Translations under genes and position numbers: made by a program
Shown here: one piece after another, positions 23,286 through 32,487 of the stretch
Numbering within the stretch: the stretch's first letter is position 1
How the letters are laid out: every line of letters starts with the position of its first letter
IMG/VR virus record: IMGVR_UViG_3300015262_000002
Span: 1 to 39,827 of that record
Origin: a virus
Taxonomy: Duplodnaviria; Heunggongvirae; Uroviricota; Caudoviricetes
Reading direction: 5' to 3' (one strand)
DNA: 39,827 nt
The notes under the pieces: model-generated
Databases searched by the model: none
What the model saw: the letters and a program-made list of their open reading frames with translations, nothing else
What the model was told of the DNA's origin: nothing

Positions 23286-23539
23286 CGTTTACTCTTTCCG
23301 CTTGTCTTTACCATCGTGAACACGAATCCGTAGATTGCCCAACCAATGAATGCAATGACACATAGGAAGAAAGTTACAATCATTAAGTCAGTGAAGTTCT
23401 TTAACATGAAGAACAAGAACCACATTGTAGCGATAATGCCGACAATCAAACCGATTGTTTTCAGATGCAGTTTCGTATTATCACCAAACCCATTGTACTT
23501 GTCAACAATTTTGTTGAACAATGCCTTTATTTTACCCAT
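23282..23539 (-). CDS. Two-TM membrane protein
   Basis: Two hydrophobic segments; GAGGAG SD. Confidence 0.7.
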   Translation of the reverse strand: MGKIKALFNKIVDKYNGFGDNTKLHLKTIGLIVGIIATMWFLFFMLKNFTDLMIVTFFLCVIAFIGWAIYGFVFTMVKTSGKSKR

Positions 23540-24051
23540 GGTTTACTCCTCAATAGTGATTGTAGTTCTTCAAGTGTGTATTCATCTAAATCCAATTCAG
23601 ACTGAAAACCTTGACCAGCAATTTTCATCATTCCCTTACCAGCTTTATCGTTGTCACCAATACCAATCAGATTGTATGGTAGCGTGTGTAACCAACTCTT
23701 CATTGGTTTAGGATTAGCTGTCAACAACGCTAAAGCATTATGTCCAAGCATATGTAAAGCAGACGCTTTAAATATTCCTTCAACAAGATATAGATCCTCT
23801 TTTGTTCTGTCAAGCACTTCAAGTCCCCAACATGCGTTAACACCTCGTTGACTGTATGTGAAATAACGTGCTTCATTTGGTAAGTTTAGTCTTTTGAACT
23901 CAACTTCAGGTCTGTACTGTTGAAATCCAGCAAATTGACCAGCAAGGTTGGTAAGATACACGGTGAGGACGTTGTTGTCAACGTCCAATACCTGATTCAC
24001 ATACCTAGTTGGGTCATAATGTCGTGTCAGCAGGTGTTTGATTAAATTCAA
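23527..24051 (-). CDS. Stand-alone TOPRIM-domain (primase-like) protein
   Basis: LYLVEGIF and GDNDKAG motifs. Confidence 0.7.
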   Translation of the reverse strand: MNLIKHLLTRHYDPTRYVNQVLDVDNNVLTVYLTNLAGQFAGFQQYRPEVEFKRLNLPNEARYFTYSQRGVNACWGLEVLDRTKEDLYLVEGIFKASALHMLGHNALALLTANPKPMKSWLHTLPYNLIGIGDNDKAGKGMMKIAGQGFQSELDLDEYTLEELQSLLRSKPWVK

Positions 24052-24251
24052 TCGTAAAGCTCCCGTTCATTGATATACATACTACGGTCCTCATAACTAC
24101 CGGGTACAACATATCGGAAACGAATCCAGTTTTCATACTGACTTTCCATGATAAACCGTAAGGCTCCTTTTCGAGTTAAATGGTGTGAGCATTCCCAGCT
24201 GTCATACCCACACGGATCAACCTCATATACGATGTAAATCTTACGACTCAT
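24048..24251 (-). CDS. Hypothetical protein
   Basis: Start trimmed to ATGA overlap. Confidence 0.65.
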   Translation of the reverse strand: MSRKIYIVYEVDPCGYDSWECSHHLTRKGALRFIMESQYENWIRFRYVVPGSYEDRSMYINERELYD

Positions 24252-24439
24252 TCCATCTGACTCCCATCCAGATTTCGAATTTGTGTCATCACACCGTCGT
24301 ATGTATGTGTATACCGACGCTGTACTTTCTCTAACCAAACTCGCGTTTCCTTATCTGGTCCAGTGTTCACCCAAATTGGATACCAAGCATACCAGTCGTG
24401 CCACTCAAACTTGTTCTTCTGAATTATCTTCTTTCTCAT
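24248..24439 (-). CDS. Hypothetical protein (WH-x-W-x-AWYP motif)
   Basis: Coupled ORF. Confidence 0.7.
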   Translation of the reverse strand: MRKKIIQKNKFEWHDWYAWYPIWVNTGPDKETRVWLEKVQRRYTHTYDGVMTQIRNLDGSQME

Positions 24440-24819
24440 CGTCCGTTCCTCACTCCAAAATGTTTCAACAGAATGTCATTCATCTCAGCAAACAACTTCG
24501 GACTTGTTTCACGCATCTTAGCCATACCAGTTCCAATCCCATTATGTGGGAACACAATCGTATGTCGCTTTGCTAAAACGAATAGTTGTCTCAAAGCCTT
24601 TTTCACATGTTCAAACTCACAAGGACTATCTGTGAAGAATGAACCAGCTTTCATTGATGGGTAACGTTTGGTTGGTATTCCAAATGCATTAGGTTCGTTA
24701 CGGATACACGCTTGCCCAGCTGTACCATACCCGGCTAAATTATCGCCAAATATAAATACTGAGCTGGGGAATTCGCGACACTTACGAACCGTTAGTTCAT
24801 TAGTGTATTCAATTAACAT
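24436..24819 (-). CDS. Conserved-looking phage protein (FIFGDN...GQA.IR.EPNA.GIPTK)
   Basis: GGAGG SD; function unknown. Confidence 0.7.
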   Translation of the reverse strand: MLIEYTNELTVRKCREFPSSVFIFGDNLAGYGTAGQACIRNEPNAFGIPTKRYPSMKAGSFFTDSPCEFEHVKKALRQLFVLAKRHTIVFPHNGIGTGMAKMRETSPKLFAEMNDILLKHFGVRNGR

Positions 24820-25384
24820 TAATCCTCCCTTTTTCTAACCTAGCAAGTATAGCATTTTTTACACGAGGGTCAGATTGTTTATCTGCTAACTCGATTGTTA
24901 TTTCATACTTGCGGTTATACCAAGCTTCTTGTGCTTCAATTTGTGTGCTATATGTACCAACATATTCACGGTTTTTGTTTCCTCCTATTACAACCTTATA
25001 ACCAGATTTTCTTTTCTCAATACCGATCTGGTCCTCAATTAAATTATCCAAGGATATAGTGAAATTGTTAACGTGCCTGCTTATAAACAAACAAGTTTCA
25101 GGACTATAAACCTTGTTGCCTTCAATTAGTAAGTCTTTATCAAGATGTTTGCCTTCCCAATCTTGTTCCTGCATCCATGTTTTGAAGTTAATAAAGGAGT
25201 GCCATCGTTTATCTACAGAACATCCGATATATGTAGGTTGTTTAACTTGGAATTTTTCGTCGTAGCAACGCTGAAGCATACCTCTCCATTTTGTATAGTA
25301 TTCACACAAAACTTGTTTACCATTAATTATCTGGCTAATACTGTAGTCAGAATCGTTAATCCCAACACCATATACCTTTTTCAT
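24809..25384 (-). CDS. HNH-type endonuclease with C-terminal AP2-like domain
   Basis: VYGVGIND, W-x-x-MLQRCY, LDKD, YSPETC, VGTY-x-T-x-x-EA. Confidence 0.8.
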   Translation of the reverse strand: MKKVYGVGINDSDYSISQIINGKQVLCEYYTKWRGMLQRCYDEKFQVKQPTYIGCSVDKRWHSFINFKTWMQEQDWEGKHLDKDLLIEGNKVYSPETCLFISRHVNNFTISLDNLIEDQIGIEKRKSGYKVVIGGNKNREYVGTYSTQIEAQEAWYNRKYEITIELADKQSDPRVKNAILARLEKGRINVN

Positions 25385-25539
25385 TCTGGTTCAACTGCTC
25401 CACGTTTACGTGCTGTGTGAAATACTTCAAAGTTGATAAGTGCAAGTTGTTCATTCGTCAACTTGTCGATATCGCGAAGTGTACGCTTGAAGTTATTGAA
25501 CACATTCTTATCCTGACCATCAGGTTGTACTAGTTTCAT
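25381..25539 (-). CDS. 52-aa hypothetical protein (not in track)
   Basis: ATGA overlaps at both ends. Confidence 0.6.
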   Translation of the reverse strand: MKLVQPDGQDKNVFNNFKRTLRDIDKLTNEQLALINFEVFHTARKRGAVEPE

Positions 25540-25718
25540 CGCTGTCCCTCGCTACCTGTAAAATGCAGTTGCCAACCAACCATTTCAACACCATTGAACA
25601 CTCGCTTAATTGCTAGTTCGTCTGGTCCAACAAACCGGCAATAGTCAAGTGCAGCATCAAGATTCTTGAACATACGCTCGTGAACCATTGGTGTTTGCAC
25701 TTCTCCAATCAAAGGCAT
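25536..25718 (-). CDS. Hypothetical protein
   Basis: Packed ORF. Confidence 0.55.
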   Translation of the reverse strand: MPLIGEVQTPMVHERMFKNLDAALDYCRFVGPDELAIKRVFNGVEMVGWQLHFTGSEGQR

Positions 25719-26452
25719 TTCACACTCCTCACAAATTCGTCTGTTAGTTCCACTAAGTTGATTTTACCGCTGAAGAAACTACCACCATCGATAAAAACCA
25801 TGTTCCCATATTGCTCAACATCATTGCTGTCAGTTGGTGTATGCCCAACTAGCACAAGATCAACTCCTGTCACTTCACCCTGATACTTCTTACTATACCA
25901 CGTGCGAGCCCACTGTGCTGTAGCCATACCATCCCACTCCAACTCAGCCTTGGTGATGTTCAGCCACTTGTTCCAGTCGTTGTACGGGACTTCAGCGTGG
26001 ATCATACCAACCTTGTGACCGTTTGGTAACAACAATTCAATACCGAGTGGCATGTTGCTGAATGCTTCGTGGATCAATATCTTATCAAGGTCTGTCAATC
26101 CAGCGTTCCAGATCCAATCACCACCGTGTGCTTTCAATGTCAACACACTTCGATTGTTAGGATGCCAGTGAGCTTCAAACCCATCAATATACATTCTTTC
26201 GTGGTTGCCTTGAATGCTATGAATCCACGGTTCATTCACATAATCCAGAACATATCTACTGTCAGGTCCACGGTCTGTCCAGTCCCCTCCTACAAACAAC
26301 AAATCTGTTTGTCCGTTGAATGCAACTTCGCTGTGAGTGATTTGCAGCAAGTCATAGTGACCGTGCAAATCACTCACAGCGAATACTCGACCTTTGAAAT
26401 CTCGCAGATCGTACTGTGCGATGTGTCCGCACGATCCTATAATTTTACGCAT
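25709..26452 (-). CDS. Metallophosphoesterase (lambda-type Ser/Thr phosphatase family)
   Basis: DLHG, GDWTDRG, GNHE, HAE, GHTP motifs. Confidence 0.9.
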   Translation of the reverse strand: MRKIIGSCGHIAQYDLRDFKGRVFAVSDLHGHYDLLQITHSEVAFNGQTDLLFVGGDWTDRGPDSRYVLDYVNEPWIHSIQGNHERMYIDGFEAHWHPNNRSVLTLKAHGGDWIWNAGLTDLDKILIHEAFSNMPLGIELLLPNGHKVGMIHAEVPYNDWNKWLNITKAELEWDGMATAQWARTWYSKKYQGEVTGVDLVLVGHTPTDSNDVEQYGNMVFIDGGSFFSGKINLVELTDEFVRSVKCL

Positions 26453-26462
26453 GTTATCTCCT

Positions 26463-27083
26463 TTAGCTAATTACATCAAACTTTTCATATACAACCCAAC
26501 CACCTTCCGTCTCAGGTCCGTCGTTGTCGATCACGTAAGCTCCTGCTTTGAAGTAGAACGGATATTCATCCCAAAGAGGGCTTACGTCAAGCACGTAATA
26601 TGATTCATTAATTGTAGCATGTAGAACACCATCCATACCCAATACGACACCATATTCAAATGCTTCACCGAGTGCACATGGAACAGACAGTACTTTACTT
26701 GCTGAGCTTGTTGGTGTAAGTCTAAAATCAATCCTTGCAAACCCATTCCACCATGTAACCATCAAGAATGGGTTTGGTGCTTTACTAGCATGGATTTGGC
26801 CGACGATTACTTTACCACTACTTGGTGCCAATTCAACTCTAACAGTACCAAACATTGCATTTAGCGACTCACCTGCTCGCCAATTATATGGTTCGCTTGA
26901 TTCAGGAAGTGTCTGACGACTCTCTGTACGTGGACTGCTACTTGAACCAGAGGTATCACCTTGCACAGAACACCAGTAGTTTGTATGACCTTTTGGGTCT
27001 GTCCATACTAGGTCACTTGGTGGTACGTCTGGATACAAATAGACAGTACCATGCGCTGTTACATTACCAAAACTATACATCAT
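26463..27083 (-). CDS. Polysaccharide lyase family 7 (alginate lyase-like)
   Basis: PRTESRQ, GQIH, YFKAGAY; true start may be 27080. Confidence 0.8.
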   Translation of the reverse strand: MMYSFGNVTAHGTVYLYPDVPPSDLVWTDPKGHTNYWCSVQGDTSGSSSSPRTESRQTLPESSEPYNWRAGESLNAMFGTVRVELAPSSGKVIVGQIHASKAPNPFLMVTWWNGFARIDFRLTPTSSASKVLSVPCALGEAFEYGVVLGMDGVLHATINESYYVLDVSPLWDEYPFYFKAGAYVIDNDGPETEGGWVVYEKFDVIS

Positions 27084-27088
27084 TTACC

Positions 27089-27619
27089 TCATGCGTATTT
27101 ATTGATTATATCCATAATCTGACTAGGTGTGTGGTCCTTATCAACACCATTTTCGAATCGCATCTTGTAACCTTTAGGCCACATACCTGTGCAGTCAATG
27201 TCAAGCTTAGCCGCTGCAATCAATCCAGCAAGATCAGCACCTGTCTGACCACCGCTTACCACATGATCAAGCTTCCAATGCTCGTGTACTTGCTTGAGCA
27301 CTTGCTGAACCATGTGGTTAACACCTTGTTGGTCGAAACCATGCTTACTATACGTGTAAATCCCGTTGCCCGCAACGTTTACTATTCGACAATCACTGTC
27401 TCTCAGCAGTTTATACAACTCACGACTTGCTGGTATCCAATCGGTTGCAAACACACGAGCATTGAGATGGACAATACCATTCTTTTGTGCTGCTTTAGTT
27501 GTAAGCTTCTCGCCTGCGGTGGAAAAGTCCACCGCAATAGCAAGAGTTACACCTTGAACTGCGTTGTGCCAAGTACGTGGTCCGTATGAAGAACTTGTAT
27601 GCTCAAGTAGATTAATCAT
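27089..27619 (-). CDS. SLOG-superfamily (MoCo-carrier-like) protein, apparently circularly permuted
   Basis: SSSY-x-x-RT, NVAG and SGGQTGAD motifs, with SGGQTGAD C-terminal. Confidence 0.65.
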   Translation of the reverse strand: MINLLEHTSSSYGPRTWHNAVQGVTLAIAVDFSTAGEKLTTKAAQKNGIVHLNARVFATDWIPASRELYKLLRDSDCRIVNVAGNGIYTYSKHGFDQQGVNHMVQQVLKQVHEHWKLDHVVSGGQTGADLAGLIAAAKLDIDCTGMWPKGYKMRFENGVDKDHTPSQIMDIINKYA

Positions 27620-28862
27620 AAGGAATGAAAGTTCCTTCAACCAAGTAACCTTCACGGATATACTGACCAACACCAAACTGAGGAAGCAGTGTACCTTTAT
27701 ATCTGGTTTGGAACTTCACATTCAAGAACTTACCTTTCAATGTTCCTTTCTGTAGCAGGAATACTTTACGCTCGCCCATATCACCCATCACACACTGGAA
27801 TGTCAAGTCGTTGATATCATTCTTCAACACAAACACAGCGTTGCCTTGTTTGTCCTCAACAATATCGAGAATCAGGAACTCTGCGTCCATGAATGTCTTG
27901 AACTTATGAAGGTCACCGCTACGTTTACCACTTTCGTATACACCCTTCTTGTTGCGAAGCATGTAGCCTTCGAAACCCCAACCAATTGCACGAGGATGAT
28001 GAATTGTACGAAGGTTATCATCACCAGTTACAATATCATAATCAGTCATCTCAAGGAATTCACCAAGCAGATGTTTCCGATCAGCGTGAACTTCATCCAT
28101 GGCACGAAGTCGAGTTTCAAAGTCGCCGTCCATTGGGATGTCAAAGATAAAGAACTGAAGTTGTGGTCGAATTCGATGAATCAACTCAGCATTGTGCAGT
28201 TCTTCTGCCAGTGTTGGATTCTCAACACGATCTTTACTTGGGCGACGATAGTCAGGACCACGTTTTGCAATGTCGCGTTTTACTTTGTCAATTTCTTTCT
28301 GAGTGTCGGTGCGTTTAGTTGCTGATGTAATATCCTGAAGAACTTGACCATGCAGGTAAACTTCACCATCGAACACTTCACCATCGTGCATAAACTCACT
28401 CAGAGCTTGTTCAAGGTGAGGAACGTCATATGGTTGACCAGTACGCGAGATAAGGAATACAGTACCAACGTGCTTACTTGCAATGCATCGTACACCGTCA
28501 TACTTCACAGAACCGTAACACGGAAACTTAATACGACTACCAACCTTGTTATAGTCAGATGCCAGCATTGGCAACAGTGGAACACTAGTCAGTTCCTCTT
28601 TATTCTCGCGATAGTTCCTATCAAGTTGTTTCTTTATGCGACCTTCAGCCTGAGATACAGCTTGTTCGTAAGCATTACGACCTTGTTTACCTTCAAACAC
28701 CCATTCAGTCTTGGTTGTCAACTTACCGTTTTCTTTACCATGACTAATCGAGATGAGTGGTTGCGAATATTCATGGTCAACATGATCCGCCATATAAACC
28801 TGAATCGACCAAACCTTTACACCTTTACCTTTATCAAGTCCGTACAGATTCTTCTCAAACAT
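27612..28862 (-). CDS. lig: ATP-dependent DNA ligase
   Basis: KYDGVR, FDGEVY, FDI, EGYMLR, KFK motifs; start trimmed to MFEK. Confidence 0.92.
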   Translation of the reverse strand: MFEKNLYGLDKGKGVKVWSIQVYMADHVDHEYSQPLISISHGKENGKLTTKTEWVFEGKQGRNAYEQAVSQAEGRIKKQLDRNYRENKEELTSVPLLPMLASDYNKVGSRIKFPCYGSVKYDGVRCIASKHVGTVFLISRTGQPYDVPHLEQALSEFMHDGEVFDGEVYLHGQVLQDITSATKRTDTQKEIDKVKRDIAKRGPDYRRPSKDRVENPTLAEELHNAELIHRIRPQLQFFIFDIPMDGDFETRLRAMDEVHADRKHLLGEFLEMTDYDIVTGDDNLRTIHHPRAIGWGFEGYMLRNKKGVYESGKRSGDLHKFKTFMDAEFLILDIVEDKQGNAVFVLKNDINDLTFQCVMGDMGERKVFLLQKGTLKGKFLNVKFQTRYKGTLLPQFGVGQYIREGYLVEGTFIPYD

Positions 28863-29106
28863 CAATCTTCTCCATTGTAACTGAGTAACCCAAAAGGGAT
28901 GAATCGTTGTAAACAAACTTCAGAGCATAGTGACTAATGTTTGCATACGGATTCTGTAGAATCCATTGGGCAACGTAACACTCTTGGTTGTCATACAGAA
29001 ACTTCATTGCCTGATTACGAAGTTGCTCACGTTTCTCGATGTCGTTAGACTGATCACCATTTGCAGCTTCAAACATTGCATTGACATCTTCTTGCTTAAC
29101 GATCAT
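28855..29106 (-). CDS. Hypothetical protein
   Basis: Coupled ORF. Confidence 0.7.
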   Translation of the reverse strand: MIVKQEDVNAMFEAANGDQSNDIEKREQLRNQAMKFLYDNQECYVAQWILQNPYANISHYALKFVYNDSSLLGYSVTMEKIDV

Positions 29107-29291
29107 TCAACCACCTCACTACTAACTAGTTCTTTACCAATAAGTTCTTTGATAACTGCTCTTGCTTCATCAATTGTCTCTCGATCAGTTATGCAGTTCC
29201 ACCTATTATAGTCTGTTGGTGATTGTTTATCGATTTGGAATTTTGTACTACCATCTCCGTAAGTGTTTTTAACAATTCGGTATTTACTCAT
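29103..29291 (-). CDS. Hypothetical protein
   Basis: Coupled ORF. Confidence 0.7.
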   Translation of the reverse strand: MSKYRIVKNTYGDGSTKFQIDKQSPTDYNRWNCITDRETIDEARAVIKELIGKELVSSEVVE

Positions 29292-29485
29292 GCAACCACC
29301 TTGTATTCAAACTCACCAGAGAACACAGCTTGACAATGCCCGTATTCAACTTCTACAACTGGAATTTGTCGGATATATGCAGAGCCACACTTACCGAAAA
29401 AACCTTCAGTGTGAATCAGTTCACCATTCTTATTGTAGATAGAGACTGTCGCATCACCATACAATTTATCAACTAAAATCCTCAT
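29288..29485 (-). CDS. Hypothetical protein
   Basis: Coupled ORF. Confidence 0.7.
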   Translation of the reverse strand: MRILVDKLYGDATVSIYNKNGELIHTEGFFGKCGSAYIRQIPVVEVEYGHCQAVFSGEFEYKVVA

Positions 29486-29901
29486 ACGCTCTCCTCATAT
29501 TGTTCAACATGAACACCGTGACGTTTCAGAAACTCAATACCCTCAGTCATTCGATATTGCTCATCATAAAATACACCGACAACACCAGCTTGAAACATCT
29601 GCATTGCACACGGAAGGCATGGACTGAGAGTGACAATAACATTTGCACCCTTCAAAGAAATACCTTCACGTGCGGCCTTTGCCACCAAGTTGCTCTCACA
29701 ATGTAGAACTTCTGGGTGTGTTAGTTCAGGCGACAGTTCGCAAACATTGTCATCGCCAGATGGTCTACCGTTCCACGAGTATACCAGAACATCTTGTGGT
29801 GTTACAGCAATACCACCAACCTTCTTTCGAACAGCATGTGACAGCTGAGCAAATGCCCGAGCTGTCTGCATGTAAGGACGTATCATTTTATGTTTCATCA
29901 T
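29482..29901 (-). CDS. dCMP deaminase
   Basis: HCESN and PCLPC zinc motifs. Confidence 0.88.
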   Translation of the reverse strand: MMKHKMIRPYMQTARAFAQLSHAVRKKVGGIAVTPQDVLVYSWNGRPSGDDNVCELSPELTHPEVLHCESNLVAKAAREGISLKGANVIVTLSPCLPCAMQMFQAGVVGVFYDEQYRMTEGIEFLKRHGVHVEQYEESV

Positions 29902-29990
29902 TTCCGAACATCCATAATCATGCAATAAGTCATCGACAGTATGAAAATGATGAAACTAATACCAAGACCACACATTATGATATCAATCAT
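29898..29990 (-). CDS. 30-aa membrane peptide (not in track)
   Basis: Fills gap; ATGA-coupled to deaminase. Confidence 0.5.
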   Translation of the reverse strand: MIDIIMCGLGISFIIFILSMTYCMIMDVRK

Positions 29991-29992
29991 AA

Positions 29993-30556
29993 TCAGAAAC
30001 CATAACGACGTTGATCACGTTTGGTCATGAACTTGACATTGTGGTTGTGGACAACAAAACCTTTCTTCTTAGAGTACGTTGCACTGACGAAGTTAACAAT
30101 TTTGCAAGTTCCAGCAAACAACGATGTGATCTTATCGATATTATCGTAGTCAGAAACGAAGTCACGGAATTCCTGATTCGGAGTAAACGAAATAAGTTCT
30201 GCAAAAGACTCTTCAGCGTATTCGTTGTGAAGTCGGATCGCAGTGTTAACACTCAAACGAGCCTGACCGATACGAAAGAACTTTGGTTGGAAGAAACCAG
30301 TAAGGCGCTCACCACCAACGGTTGGTTTGTAGGTTGGTTCGTACCCGATTGCCGCCATGAAGTTGACCAGAGATGCTTCTTGAATTTCGGAAGTGTCGCT
30401 AAGACCAGTATTGTTCATCTTTCTCTCCATTTGATTATCATGATATTCACATATTTCACTTTCACACTTAGGACACATCAACCTATCGTCACCATACGCA
30501 ATTGCATGATCGAAACAGAAGTGTGGGTGTCCATCGTTTTGATTTATAAGACTCAT
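29993..30556 (-). CDS. Hypothetical protein
   Basis: Coupled ORF; N-terminal CxxC. Confidence 0.7.
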   Translation of the reverse strand: MSLINQNDGHPHFCFDHAIAYGDDRLMCPKCESEICEYHDNQMERKMNNTGLSDTSEIQEASLVNFMAAIGYEPTYKPTVGGERLTGFFQPKFFRIGQARLSVNTAIRLHNEYAEESFAELISFTPNQEFRDFVSDYDNIDKITSLFAGTCKIVNFVSATYSKKKGFVVHNHNVKFMTKRDQRRYGF

Positions 30557-30843
30557 CGTTTTTGTTGCCCTTTACGAGTTGCAGTTCCAGTGCAACTAAG
30601 TCCACCTGATTCCAATCGACTTACCGTCTTCTGAATCTTTGCTGGAACGACAGTATATTTACCTTTCCCATATTCTTTGTCGATATGCGATTGGGCAACC
30701 ATTCGATCAGATGTCTTCAAGAAAACGTAATCACCGCTTGCTGGTCGAATGTAAAAACTACCCGGTGGAATGAACTCATAATCGGTGAACTCTTTATATT
30801 CAACAATTACAGTTACCAATGGTTTTACTTTCTTCTCAGCCAT
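30553..30843 (-). CDS. Hypothetical protein
   Basis: Start trimmed to MAEKK. Confidence 0.75.
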   Translation of the reverse strand: MAEKKVKPLVTVIVEYKEFTDYEFIPPGSFYIRPASGDYVFLKTSDRMVAQSHIDKEYGKGKYTVVPAKIQKTVSRLESGGLSCTGTATRKGQQKR

Positions 30844-30844
30844 A

Positions 30845-31009
30845 TTACAACTTCTCTTCAATCAGATTGTCAATGTCGGATTTCTCTGTAGAAGGAAGCG
30901 AATAAATCATTTCACGTAGATCAGGGGTCAACAATTGCAATTCATGATGACTGTAACCAAGTGCTTTCGCTGCATCAATTACATAATCTACTGCTTGATC
31001 AAGTGTCAT
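30845..31009 (-). CDS. Hypothetical protein
   Basis: ATGA-coupled start at 31009. Confidence 0.6.
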   Translation of the reverse strand: MTLDQAVDYVIDAAKALGYSHHELQLLTPDLREMIYSLPSTEKSDIDNLIEEKL

Positions 31010-31329
31010 ACACGGTCCTCGTAAATAATCTTCATACCCAATCGCATTGCAATCAGTTGCTCCAAACATGCACCACGTGACATTTCCCAACCTTTCAGCA
31101 TATACATCACCCCGCATTGACCAATTTGTGTTAGACAATACGCCATATAATCTTCCCAAGTTGCATCTTCAACAACACCTGCATCAGCAGGATTCAACAC
31201 AGTCAAACCTTGGGCACGAAGTTCGGAAGCGACACGATTGAAGTTGTTAAAGTTATAGTTCTCAATACCAGTCATCGGTCCCGCTACATAGGCTGTATTA
31301 GCTCGTTCTTCTTTCAACAACACACTCAC
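31006..31329 (-). CDS. DUF4406-like (nucleoside deoxyribosyltransferase-like fold) protein
   Basis: YVAGPMTG ... LNPA ... W-x-x-S-x-GA-x-LE. Confidence 0.75.
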   Translation of the reverse strand: MSVLLKEERANTAYVAGPMTGIENYNFNNFNRVASELRAQGLTVLNPADAGVVEDATWEDYMAYCLTQIGQCGVMYMLKGWEMSRGACLEQLIAMRLGMKIIYEDRV

Positions 31330-31529
31330 AGACCGTACTCCTCTTTCAATTCATCAACAAGATCGTCAGCGTGACGATTCTCAAGTGCATCAAACAACTT
31401 TGCAATCAGTTCATCAGCCTTGTCAGCAATACTTGCTGCTTCATCACGACACTGATAGAACCCTTCATGGTAATCACCATATGTAAAGCAATTGGCTGGA
31501 ATATTATCAATTCGTTCGGAAAATTTCAT
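31326..31529 (-). CDS. Hypothetical protein
   Basis: AGGAG SD before ATG 31529. Confidence 0.7.
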   Translation of the reverse strand: MKFSERIDNIPANCFTYGDYHEGFYQCRDEAASIADKADELIAKLFDALENRHADDLVDELKEEYGL

Positions 31530-31692
31530 TAACATCTCCTTTAACATTTCGTGTATCAATACAAAAGTAAGCGAAGTGATCGTCACCGTCGTAGTTGTTC
31601 ATCCACTCTTCAGCATCATCATGATCGAGGAACACTTCAAGAATCTGAGTGTCATGTGAGTCAACACCTTTCACAATATGAACTTTAATCAA
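31507..31692 (-). CDS. Hypothetical protein
   Basis: GGAGG SD. Confidence 0.65.
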   Translation of the reverse strand: MIKVHIVKGVDSHDTQILEVFLDHDDAEEWMNNYDGDDHFAYFCIDTRNVKGDVNEIFRTN

Positions 31693-31888
31693 GAGAAACC
31701 TCCATCTTATTTACTTCAATGAACTCAGGGTGATCATCTAACGTGAAGTTGGTCCACGTGTAACGCCAGTAACCATCATGTAGTTCGTAATCTTCATAGT
31801 GTACACCACCGATATGACTGCGTGCAACCGGTTGTATTCCAACTGTGGCGTCTAGCTTAGACTGCCAACTTACGATAGCACCTGACAT
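31685..31888 (-). CDS. Hypothetical protein
   Basis: Coupled ORF. Confidence 0.65.
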   Translation of the reverse strand: MSGAIVSWQSKLDATVGIQPVARSHIGGVHYEDYELHDGYWRYTWTNFTLDDHPEFIEVNKMEVSLD

Positions 31889-32157
31889 TACAATTTACTC
31901 TCGACAACTTCAGTCCAATGAGCACCACCATTATAGTGATAAGTTTCGAAGAAAATGTAACCAGTCTCATCACAAACACGAACATTGTTTATCTGATCAA
32001 TTTCACCACGTTGAACTTCCCACTTAACAGTGTAGATTTCACCATCAATAACAACGTAGCCATTTTCACTGTATGTTTCGTATTCATCCTGTCCAAAATG
32101 TTCAGTGTCGATATGAGTAGGGATCAATATACCCTTGTTGTACTCCATCTCGCTCAT
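31888..32157 (-). CDS. Hypothetical acidic protein
   Basis: Start trimmed to MSEME. Confidence 0.7.
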   Translation of the reverse strand: MSEMEYNKGILIPTHIDTEHFGQDEYETYSENGYVVIDGEIYTVKWEVQRGEIDQINNVRVCDETGYIFFETYHYNGGAHWTEVVESKL

Positions 32158-32158
32158 A

Positions 32159-32329
32159 TCAGTCACACTCTTGATCGTATTGGAACTCAGCAATATCAAT
32201 CAGTTCACCAATCGCATCATCAACTTCCCAACTGGTGAACCCAGCGAGCTTAGCAGATACACGAGCAGACTTCAGACTTTGCAGCATGTCAGCCAGTGCA
32301 ATTTCACGAATCTCTTTTTGGGTAATCAT
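32159..32329 (-). CDS. 56-aa hypothetical protein (not in track)
   Basis: GGAG SD, ATGA overlap. Confidence 0.6.
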   Translation of the reverse strand: MITQKEIREIALADMLQSLKSARVSAKLAGFTSWEVDDAIGELIDIAEFQYDQECD

Positions 32330-32487
32330 TTATTCATCTCCAGTACTGTTGTTTGCCATGATTGGCCTGAAATGTATTTCTTCATTACATCTTTAACTTC
32401 TTTGTCGCTGAGTGTTCGTCCTACAGCTTCTTTGACATTTGTATTATACCACATCCACCCACCAATTGTATCTTTTGTTACCTTCAT
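32326..32487 (-). CDS. 53-aa hypothetical protein (not in track)
   Basis: Abuts HD gene stop. Confidence 0.6.
   Translation of the reverse strand: MKVTKDTIGGWMWYNTNVKEAVGRTLSDKEVKDVMKKYISGQSWQTTVLEMNK

Noticed and set aside
31750-31765. Third parS-like sequence TGGTCCACGTGTAACG
   Set aside because: Two mismatches at conserved positions and inside a CDS; compatible with chance
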